A stretch of DNA of 64,000 nt from Dudresnaya verticillata. Its lineage: Eukaryota. The notes under the pieces were generated by a model. That model was not told the DNA's origin. It worked only from the letters and a program-made list of their open reading frames with translations, and made no database searches. The stretch spans positions 1,488,001-1,552,000 of the forward strand of contig OZ374564.1 in NCBI GenBank assembly GCA_977862235.1, given 5' to 3'. This document shows positions 23,966 through 34,340 of the stretch, piece by piece (position 1 is the first letter of the stretch; the number at the start of each line of letters is the position of its first letter). Made by a program: the position numbers and the translations under genes.

Positions 23966-25539
23966 TGTGGTGAAGCGGCCGTTGTGGAGTTCCAACGACG
24001 GTTGAGCCGACTCGCGCCCGGCGCACCGGTGAGCTGGCGCCAAAAACCGAACGGGAGTGCAGCAACACAGTAGCACTGTACGCCTTGCTGGAGTCTGCGG
24101 GCACCACCAATAGGAGCCAAGTAGTTGATTTATTTGTAATTAGTTAATTGTAATGATGCTGTACAGTACGTAGTGTCAGCCGGCCAATGGGAATGCCGAG
24201 CATGTCCGCAACGGTGATCGGGACCAGTAGGGCCAGACCCACCTGATGGACCAGACCCATTGGGGTCTGACCCACACGGACCGGACCACGGGGCGTATCT
24301 CCCAGTATATTAATGGCTGGTCACCCGAGTCCTACATTAAACGGGTACTGTGGTGCAAACGTCTGAGACGATAGACCGCCAAGCAGTTCGGGGCTCGGTG
24401 GGTAGCTGCGCTCTCGGCGATGAGTAGCCTCGCCGTGGGCGATTTGTTGGTAGAGCAAAGGGACACGCCTTGGGCGGACTGTAAACGCCCGAGGCGGAAG
24501 GTGTGAAGGAAGGGAAAAGGAAACAGAAAGGGAACACGTCGAGGACGATGGTAGACGTGGAAGCACGGGAGGTAGACGCTTGAGCCGTAGGCAGCGGTAG
24601 GATACGCGCGTGCGGAACGGGGAAGTCTGGACCAAGGCCGGCTTGCCCGGGCGTTTACTGTTACGTCTGGGACGGCTTACCTAAGTATAGTACGGCGATG
24701 CGGCGGCGGCGGTGCGTGTGCGTAGCGCGGGAACTCGGGACACGTGTCGTCCCGAGGTGCGTCTGACAGATCACCCATCGCATGCAGCCGCGCGCCTGAC
24801 AGATTGCTGTACAACCCCCCTGTGCGGTTGCTTACACGCACACGTGGACGCGTGTGCCTTACATACTGTAGAGCGTGCGCCTTGGATCTAATCCTATACT
24901 TTTCCGATCCCGATCCCATCCGGATCGGGCCAGCGATGCGAATACCCGCAGCCTTACAGGCGCGTATCTTACAGCTTAGGCAATCCGGATAGCCAATCTG
25001 GATACCGGATCCGGATCCCATCTGGATCCGTATTACAGTGCCCCGGGGCGCCACGTCGGCCCATCACCGTACAGTGCCCGCGTGGCGCGCGGCGCGCAGT
25101 GTGCGCGCGCGCCCCAGTGAGCCGTCGATGACGTGTTTGCGCGCCAACGGCGGTGGTGAGCGCCGGTGGCGGTTTCTCCGTCGGTCGACGTATTTGGTCT
25201 GCCCGCTTTCAGCGAAAAAGGACTCACCTCCCCTTGCACCACAGGTATGCAACCCTGGGCAAAGTGACTTACCCTAAGCCTTACCCTCATACTCCTTTAC
25301 GGTTTCCCCTCGCCAGCCCCGTGCACGGATTCCTCTTACCTCCGTCCCGGTGTAGCTGCCCTGGCACTGTACCGTCCACCTTGTCTGTTGCGTCCCTTTA
25401 CTCCTTACAGGTGTTGCCGCTCGGGGTACTCTCTTCGGTCTACGAACTAAGCTCTACCACCCCAGTGCCGTGTGAGATCACCCCTTATTGGGATTGCCTG
25501 ACCAGCTCTCCTTACAGGTGTGCCTTTCACTTCACCACA
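23966..25539 (+). mobile_element. Solo LTR, family B (contains solo LTR C)
   Basis: Perfect terminal inverted repeat TGTGGTGAAG...CTTCACCACA. TSD CATAA / CATAA. Second copy at 42473-43799. Confidence 0.9.
24349..25243 (-). mobile_element. Solo LTR, family C
   Basis: TGTGGTGCAA...TTGCACCACA with TSD GGTAC / GGTAT. Absent from the second B copy. Homologous to 37333-38168 and 48291-49169. Orientation is inferred. Confidence 0.88.
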
Positions 25540-25624
25540 CATAACTTTGATCTTCCGAAAACGTCTCTCTTCAATTCTATCGATAAACCGATTCTGGACA
25601 TGTTTGTCACGGCTCAATGGGTTC

Positions 25625-26413
25625 TGTAGTATAGCCGTCAGCACGCTATCAGCAGCGGCTGTAAGGTATGCTGGCAGCCCCGCACTGTAATGGAGCACAC
25701 GATGACGCCCGCTGGCAAGTCGTGATTGGGCAGCGTGCCCTTAGTTTTTTCGTTGATTTAGTAGCGGTCGACCGCATTTCTGCGGGCAGCGGCCGCACGC
25801 CGTGCCGTACACGGCCCGCCCCAGGGCGCTCTCCGGCATCGAGTCGTTGAGAGGGCCGCTGCACAACGGGCGTTACGCCCCGCGCGCCCACGGGTAGCCA
25901 TTACCCGGACGTGTCGACACGTGTATGGGCGCGAGCTCGCACACCTCCCGCGTTGGTGTTGTGGGGCGCACCTACTGTAGAATAGCCGTAGTGTATGTGA
26001 CAGTGTACATAGCGTAGGGTATTTAAGGGAGTCTGCCATCGACGGCTCAGTAAACCGGGTAAGCAACAGCTCGCGCTGAAGCTTGCCCCCTCCTCTTCGG
26101 GTTCGATCCCTTTGCCTTACGCCAGCGGGCGGTTTCCCTTTTCCCCCTTGCCTCGCTAGGCTTTCCCCTTTCCTTTTCCTTTCCGTCGGCTTCGTGTCGC
26201 CCTTCGACAGGGACACTGGGATCCGGCCGCTGCCTACCCGCGTACGGTACGCCCCGTTCGCGCTCCTGCGTCGACGCCGTCGATCCGCACCTGCGAGGCG
26301 CACGCGGCCGACACAGCTCTACCACACAACAACAGCTACCCATCCACGGGTCTATGTGGCGGCTTCAGACCAGCGAGTATCAGACGTCGGATCGACCCGA
26401 CATCTATACTACA
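25625..26413 (+). repeat. 5' LTR of element D
   Basis: Direct repeat of 38440-39212 with TG...CA ends. Confidence 0.95.
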
Positions 26414-26414
26414 C

Positions 26415-26430
26415 TAGTCTCCCGACCTAG
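26415..26430 (+). promoter_or_regulatory. Candidate primer-binding site of D (mutated)
   Basis: TAGTCTCCCGACCTAG lies 1 nt after the LTR and would be TGG-initiated with one substitution. The priming tRNA was not identified. Confidence 0.3.
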
Positions 26431-26480
26431 AAGTCGTCGAGACCCTAGTACTTCTCGCATCGACGCGATCGAAGTAAAGG

Positions 26481-28880
26481 ATGTCGAGTCCTCCTGATCC
26501 GGCCACTGCCGCTTCGGCTGCTGCCGGTAAAGTTGAGGATGCGGCGCGTCGCACCTCAATACTGCGTACCATCGGCGTCTCAGATACTCCTCTACAGGAC
26601 GTGAGGCTCAAGCGGAGGGCCACGCTGCAAAAGTCCCTCGCCGGTAATCTGGCCTCGGTGGCCGACCTCCAGCTCCTGTATGAGGAGACCATGGACTCGC
26701 TAGCCGAGGTGTACGACCACCTTACAGCTTCGATAGCTACAGCGAGGGCTGACGGCCAGCAAGACCTGGACACGCTTCGACCCGGTCCTTTGGCGTCCAT
26801 AGAGGACGGAATAACCCGGTCACAGGGGCTCCTCGATGAGCTACGCAGCCGCGTTGAGTTGATATAGCGCGCGCCGACGTGGCAACGCCAGCGTGCTACG
26901 GGCCCGTCGCCGGTGCAGTGCTCTCCTCCGCGACCACAGTCACCAGCGGGTGCAGTTCAAGAATTGGCCGCTGCCATACTTGCCGAGCAACGAGCTCGGC
27001 ATGGCTTTCCTTCACCACCGCCATCTCCACCGAGGAGCGCGGCGGGGTTGCACCATCCGAGTGGGGACCCCAATCCGTTCCACGGAGTCGACCCCAGGTT
27101 ACTCCGACAGGCCCTCGACGGGCAAAAGACAATGGGGGGACCGATCCCCCCGAAGCACGAGGGCCCGTCTCTGATTATTGGCATTGGGGCCCACTTATGG
27201 CAGGCATCGAGCCGTTAACCACGTTGGTGCCAGAGTTCACTAAGGCGATCGACTACCGCTCTTACCGTCTCGATGACGTAAATCAGCGGGACAACCAACA
27301 GCAGGTGTGCCGCGGCAACACTGCGAAGATTGTCAGCCGCATGAAGGCCCTATTGCCCCGGCTCGACCGGTTCGACGGCAAGGAGCCGATTCGCCTGCTT
27401 GGCGTGCTTCGACAGCTACGCCAAGCATTCAATGGCGTTGGACTATCCGAAGGCGCAGCGGCGCGTGTGGTGTCCTGGTTCCTTGATGGAACCGCGTTGC
27501 AGGTGTACTCGAGTCACCTGTCCTCTAGGGTGCGCAGAACGCAGCGCGGCACCCCACCCTGTTGGGCCTCGGTGGTCAATACCCTCATCGAGAGGTTCGA
27601 AACGGACGACATCATTGCAGACGCCCATGAACGGCTGACCACCGCCAAGCAGAAGGACACCGAGTCCGAGCTTGAGTTCGCCACTCGCCTCGAAGGGTAT
27701 GCGGACAACTGCGCTGGCATGTACTCCGATGAGAACTTGACGCATCAGTTCCTTCGAGGCCTGCTGCCCACGACAAGACCCGAAGTGGCGGAGAAGGTCA
27801 GGTAGCTTCCTATGGTCGAACAGACCAATTTTAGTACCGTTCGTCGGATTGCCCATAGCGAGGGCACAACCTACCGCGCCCTTTCGGCAAAGGCAGCGCA
27901 GCCTACGAGCACCTCGGGGCGCAGTAGGTCAGGTGGCAGCTCGGAAAGCGGCCGTACACTGCTCATCGAGGGTCCACCAGGCTATCCCAGCGGGGACGTT
28001 GCTATCGACAGGACAATGCGAGTGGACCCCGACACCGACGGGTTCGAACCCGTGATGGTCGCACCCGCGCTGTCGACAGCCGATTCGACCGGAGCCTTAG
28101 AGACCCTCTACATAACAGGACGCATCGACACGGTCCTACACAAGCGCATACCACCGCTCACTCCAACGCAGGAGGCGATGGCACGCGCAGTCATCCCTGA
28201 TCGACAGGGATAGTACATCTGCTGGTTCCACCGTGAGGTCGGGCACATCATGTGCTCGTGCCCGTACCTCACGAAGGAACAGCAGACGTACTGCGCGTAT
28301 GCGAGCTGCAACCATCGAATGGAAACGCAGCCGCATTCGCGCAATATGCTCCAACAGCTCATCGACGAGCGCGCGCCAGCGGGCGCATGGACAAGGAACC
28401 CCACGCGGCGCTACGACGCGCCACGGGGTGGGGACCGACGCTTCGACGCGAGAGGTCCGCCGCAGCGCATGGGCGCACCAAGGCACCGCGGAGAGCCACA
28501 GGGGTACCGCGGGGATGGCGACGCACCGCGGTTCCTCCTGCGCGATAAGCGGGTCGGCTTCGACGAGCCCGCTGGCTGTCAACCTCAGGCATCGACGCCT
28601 CCGAGGGCCGACCCGCGCCGCGAACTGCTCAGAGCAGTTATGACGGTGCAGGAGCACACCGGTCTCACCGCCGACGAGTGGCTTCCGCAAGCGCTCGACG
28701 CGCGGCGCAAGGGAGAGACAGCCAGCGGGCAGGAAAGCGATTTCCCTCTCCTTTTTGACACGCCTCCGCGATCGACGCGAGGTGCCTCAGGGGTTACGAA
28801 ACACCCAATAGGAACCGATCACGAAAGCTCGGATTCCGAGGATAATTCTGACCGGGTCGATCCGGAAAAGAATAAAGGCG
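26481..28880 (+). pseudogene. gag: gag of element D (stops and frameshifts)
   Basis: Capsid-like 'FDGKEPIRLLGVL...WASVVNTLIERF...AKQKDTESELEFATRLE...FLRGL'. Degenerate zinc knuckle 'ICWFHREVGHIMCSCP' at ~28215-28265. End coordinate is approximate. Confidence 0.85.
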
Positions 28881-28889
28881 GCGCCGCTC

Positions 28890-31800
28890 GTGCGGTCGCG
28901 TGCACCGTCTTGTCCAACACCAGACCCACCATCCCTTTCACCTTCGGTGGCGTTGGGGGCGGCGAGCCCCCACGTCGAGCGCAGCAGCGCTTCGAAGGAC
29001 GCGACCGACGTCCCGGTCGCCGGTACGTCACTGGCAACACGTACCAAACCACCCTGGCGGCCGCGGCGTCGACGCAAGCGGCAGGCCAGGCAGAAAGGGC
29101 GCAGCTCCCCGGTAGCGGGACAGGTGGTACCCGACGCTCGACGCGAGGGTACCGGGGCTCCATGCATCGACGTAGAGCCGGCCACTACTCCCGATGGGTA
29201 CGTTTGCCTCATGTCTTCGGAGATTTATCGAGTGTCCGGGTCCCTCGGTGCGGACCCGCGGGTTATGATACCCCACACCATCGCGGTGGACACCGGCTCC
29301 AGGTACAACCTCATCGCTCGAGGTGCCCTGCCCGCAGGCTGGGAGGAAAACTCGTCAGAGATCGACTCCGCGCCACGCCTGGCAGGCGCCGACAAGACTC
29401 CGCTGAGGCTGTCCGGCGTCGTCCACCTCTCGATGAGGTTGGGGAACACGACGTTCCGCGTGCCTTTCATCGTCGCCGCGGTCGACGTACTGATAGGCAC
29501 GCAGTTTATCAACGCGCACGTGCGCGGGATCGACCTCGAGTAGAGGAGGCTGACGCTGAGGAAAGGGGGCTCGGTGCCCATCCTCAGCCGCAGGAACCCT
29601 AGCGAGGGAAGCGGTCCGGCAACGCAGCCGGAGAACCCATCGAAGGGTTTGTCGAAGAAGCACCAGCGGGAGCCCCTCGACTGGGATCACGATACTCACA
29701 CCATACATCTCGCTAGGCAGGTAGTTGTCCCAGCCTACTCGCAGAGGCTCGTCTCGGTGACGTCGGGGGCCAGTGGGTTAATCCAGTCGGAGCCCAAACC
29801 CTCGTTGCAATTCCTCCACGGCGTGAGACTGAGCAACGGGGTGCACGACATGGAGTCTGGGCGACCCTTCGGGGTTATCTTGGGCAACTGGACGGACAAA
29901 GCCCGGACCCTACCGAAGGGTACCGTGGTTGGTTATGCGGTCCGTAACCCAGTCGCCCTGATAACCCCGGACCGCGACGTCGCAGAAGAGTTCGGGAGGG
30001 TGATGAATATCACCACCCTTCCCCCCAAAGGGCAGCGGCCCAGGGGCAAGGGGAGGAATGACCCCCAGTCACGCCGTCGATGGCAAGGGGCCCCGAGCCC
30101 ACAAAGCTCCGAGGTGCAGCAACCGTAGCGGCGGAGAAATGAGAGTCCGTCGAGGACTGGGAGTCGCAGGTGGACCTTTCGCCTATCGAAGACAAAGTCA
30201 CCCGCGAAGAAGTCCTCGCCATGCTTCGGAAGCATCAGTCCATGTGGGACGGGAGGCTCGGCACGATTGCCGCTACGCAACACCACATCGACGTGGAACC
30301 CGGCACGCGGCCGATTCACTCAATGCCCTATCGACAGGGCCCCGCTATACGGAAGCTCGTATAAAACGAGGTCGAGACCATGCTGCGTGCAGGGGTAATC
30401 GAGCCCGCTACGTCGGAGTGGGCATCGTCAGTCGTTCTGGCGCCCAAGAAGGATGGCACGCTCAGGTTTTGTGCGGACTATCGACGTCTTAACACCAAAA
30501 TCCTGAGCGATGCGTACCCACTCCCACGCATGGATTACTGTATCGACAGTCTTGGCGACGCTGCCATATTATCCACGCTGGATTGTAACGCGGGGTACTG
30601 GAAAAGCCTTGTCGCAGCGGCTGACAGGGATAAGACCACGTTCACGACGTTCCTAGGGACCTTCCGCTACCTGCGGATGCCCTTCGGACTGAAGAACGCC
30701 CCTACGACTTTCCAGGTGCACTGGACATTATACGCAGCGGATTTAGATGGCAGTTGTTGTTTGATCTATCTCGATGATGTGATCATATTCTCGCGCTCGA
30801 TCGCGGAGCACGTTGATCACCTAGACCGCGGGCTGACTCTGCTTCGAAAGGTCTGCGTGTCCCTGAAGGTGAAGAAGTGCCACTTCTTCCAGTCCCGCTT
30901 GGACTACCTCGGTCACATGATCAAGCCGGGGAAACTACGCATGGTGAAGACAAGCATCGACGCGTTCGGCCATTCACAGTTCCCGACCTCCCTAACGAAG
31001 GTGAGGTCGTTCCTCGGGGCGTGTAACGTTTTCCGCCGCTTCGTGAGGAACTTCGCGAAGCTCGCTCGTCCACTGACGGATATGACCCGCAAGGATGCGG
31101 ATTCGGATTTCGATAATCCAAGCGCAGCGGCGCTAGAGGCATTCGAGATGCTGCGGGCGACACTCTTATCACCGCCTATCCTACGGCTCTCCCTCGCGAT
31201 GGCAAGCCGTACGTCCTCGACACGGACGCATCGGCGTACCAGCTCGGATGAGCCCTGCTCCAGGAGCAAGAGGACGGCCAGTTACTCCCCGTTGGGTACT
31301 GGTCTTACTAACTAAGCTCAGCGGAGCGAAACTACTCGGCCACGGAGCGCGAGTGCTTTCCAGTGGTGTGGTTGTTCACAAACCTGCGTCCCTACATCGA
31401 AGGGACCAGGTTCACGGTACGAACCGACCATGACGCTTTGCGCTGGCTCATGTCCCTGACCGATTCGTCCGGTCACCTCACCCGCTGGCGGTTGCGACTC
31501 GCGGGATTCGACTTCCAGATCGAGTACCGCCTGGAAAGGGTACACCAGGTGCCGGACGGGCTGTCCCGTCTGGTGAGGCCTCGAGGGCAGCAAGAGGAGG
31601 TTGACGGCGACGGCCCTGCCTATGACCCCCCGGCGGTCGACCGCCGGAATGAGGGTGCCTCGAGTACCGAACCCAAGGCACCACCGGTCTTGCTGACCAC
31701 GCGGTCCCAAGCCAACGCGTCGACGCGGAAGGCGCCGGATCGACAGGCTGTAGAGGACGGCAATAGAAACGAAACCAACGAGCCCTCGGACGGCGACGAG

Positions 31801-33014
31801 CCACCGGGGCTTGCAGACGACGAAGCCTGGGATGACTGCGACGACGTCGACGTCTTCGACCTTAGCCGCATCGACGCGAGCTAAGAGCCGACGGGCCTCA
31901 CCCGGGTCGAACCGGTGAAGCTCCCTTCACCAATAACCGTCGAGTAATTGATGGATGCGCAGCGGCGCGATTCCTTTTGCCAAACAGTGTTGGCACGGCA
32001 GTCCCGTCGACGGGATAGCCACTTATTCGAGGGCGAGGACGGGCTCTTCTGCAGGCATCAACCCGTCATCTCCTCGTTGGAGCAAAGAGTGGTGCCCGAA
32101 GCGCTACAGCCGCGGCTTCTCACGCTCGCGCACCACTCCCACCTGGCTGGCCACCCTAGCCAGAACAGGATGTTCTACACGCTCCGCGAGAGATACTACT
32201 GGCCACACATGTCAGCGGACATAGCCATGACAGTTCGGAACTGTTTTCATTGTGCCAGGAACCGCATACGATTGCGGAGGTCCCTTCATCGGTTGAAGTT
32301 GTTCCCGGCCACGAGGCCGCTCGAGTCGCTCGCGATCGATATCCTAGGGCCGCTGCCCAAGAAGAAGTCAGAAAAGCGCTTCCTGCTCGTCATGACGTAT
32401 CTATTCACGAAGCTGACTCCAGTAGCGCCGCTGCGCACCATCACAGCTTACCACGTCGCAGTGGCATTCTGTGAGAGGTGGATCTTCCACTATGGACCAC
32501 CGAGGTCTCTGTTGTCAGACAAATGGAAGCAATTCATCTCTAAGTTCTTTCAGGCAGTGTGCCGCTACCTCGTACTGAACAATGCGTTCACGACGAGGTT
32601 AAGAAACACAAGAAGCTCCAGAGCCCAGCGATAGGGCCCTACCGCGTGCTGCTTAACGACAAGCGCACGCTGTTTATCGACAAAGCCGGCCTGGTCGAAC
32701 GCATCGCAGCATACCGCGCCGCCTACTGTCCCCCGCCGCTGCGGGAGGATACCGCGCAACACAGCCCATACTTCCCCACCGCTGAGTAACTCGCGCCAAA
32801 GGCCGTAGATGGCCCACGGTTCGTGGTAGATAATGTCCTTGACCACGTCATGGCCGACGATGGCACGCTAGTGTTCAAGGTGAAGTGGACCGGCTATCGC
32901 AAGCCGACGTGGGAACCACGTTCCCATCTCCCCGCGGAGATGGTGAGCCACTATGTCGCATCGCAGCGGCGGTACAACACCAACCGGCTCGAAGCCGATC
33001 ACTCCTCCTCATAA
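28890..33014 (+). pseudogene. pol: pol of element D: protease, RT, RNase H, integrase (partly deleted), chromodomain
   Basis: PR 'VDTGS'. RT 'KKDGTLRFCADYRRLN...YLDDVII'. RH 'YSATERECF...TDHDALRWL...VPDGLSR'. INT 'HHSHLAGH...CFHC...AIDILGPLP' and 'GPYRV', with the C-terminal half of the core missing near 32595. Chromodomain 'VDNVLDH...FKVKWTGYRKPTWEPRSHL'. Confidence 0.95.
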
Positions 33015-34340
33015 TCCCTCGGCGGGGGCGCCTCGCGCTTGAGGAGGGGGCCGCAGGCATTTTTTGCCTTTTTGCGAAGGCAATCGATGCCTCACCCTAC
33101 CCTGCAATGGGCACTGAGCCCAGGCAGGTCACTCTTGCACCAGCAGAAGCGGCAGCAGTGCAAGAGGGGCCGCGGAACGCGGATTCATGCGCATCGACGC
33201 GCACAAGGCGGCTGCCAGCTAACCAAACCTGTCGCAGCGACCCCGGGCTGGTCGAACGCACTCGCAAGCGGCGATGAGACACAACCGCTCCCTCGCCTTC
33301 GCGCGCGAAAGGCGTCGAAGCCTCACGCGCAAAAGGTAAGGGGCGCTGACCAGCGGCTACCGAAGCCACTAACCAGCGCCGCGCACGCGGCGCTTCGTTC
33401 GCTCACGCCAGTGCCACCCATTGCGCCAGCAGCGGCTGCGGAGCGAGAAGGGGTGACCCCAGCGTGGGTGCAGAGCGGGCGCGTCGACGCACCCAATTCC
33501 GTCGCTGTCGAAGCGAAGCGGTGTGGGACAAAGGGTAGCGGCCCGATCGCCATCGCACTCAAGTGCATCGAAGTGCCGTTGCACTCGATGTGTAACGGCA
33601 CCCCAAAAACAAGCGTCACTTTGGCGTGGGCGCCGGTGCGGGGCGCACGCAGCGCATCGAGCGCGAAAAGTGTTCCTGCTACAGTACGTACTGTAGCCGA
33701 GGGGTTGGGAAACACCCTACCATGCCAGCGGGCCGGAAGGGAACAGCCAATGAAAGGGGTTTCGAAAAATCCCCAGCCAACTATTGGCTATAATTTGGGC
33801 GCAAACCGCCTCCAGGCGGGGAGCAACAGCCGCGGCTGATCGAGTCAGCCAGAAGCGGCACGCCGCCGGCACAAGCAGTGGACTTGAGGCAGCGGTCTCG
33901 CCGAAGCTAGCCGCAGTGGCACCAGCCGCCCAAGATGGGCGCACAGGGGCAGCCACTGTAGCCTCCCCATGCCAAGGTGACATGATGCGCAGCGGCGCTG
34001 GGGAGCCACATGGAATAGGCACGCGTACCTATTGCACCTGAGCAGCGGCTCACGCAACCCCCGCGCTGAGACGACCGCTGTCATAGCACAGTGGCGGCGC
34101 ACGCGGGCTCGATGCGCGCGCACGCAGCAGTCACTTGGGACAGCGGCCCGACGTGGTGAGCTACTGCGCTGGCGATCGCTTTCGCCAAAATAAGTTCGCA
34201 TCGACGCGGGCCGAAGCAATATCCCACCCCTTTCCCTTTAAACTTTTCTATAGACGCAGCGGCGTAACTGGACTAAAAGGCGCAGCGGTGCTCTATTGAC
34301 TGGGTGCCACGGCACCCCGGAGCACTATGCGTCGATCGCA

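Larger units (their letters stand above)
23793..25624 (+). pseudogene. N-terminal gag-like frame of element A (pieces 23793-23965 and 25545-25624, continuing at 39218)
   Basis: Removing B and D gives one frame: MPPRRKATTTGSEAVR*NIVETVEAPRLKG...EHRVQEKSA*HNFDLPKTSLFNSIDKPILDMFVTAQWVPAQVTSDINEDH. The gag identity is inferred from its position after the 5' LTR. Confidence 0.65.

Noticed and set aside
25649..26430. Recurrent ORFs in D LTRs (also 38464-39307 and 44244-45103)
   Set aside because: The similarity reflects LTR DNA repeats, and frames break differently among copies.
33039..33839. 266-aa plus-strand ORF after pol (env-like?)
   Set aside because: Non-ATG start, GC-driven composition, no transmembrane segment or motif, and no second copy.
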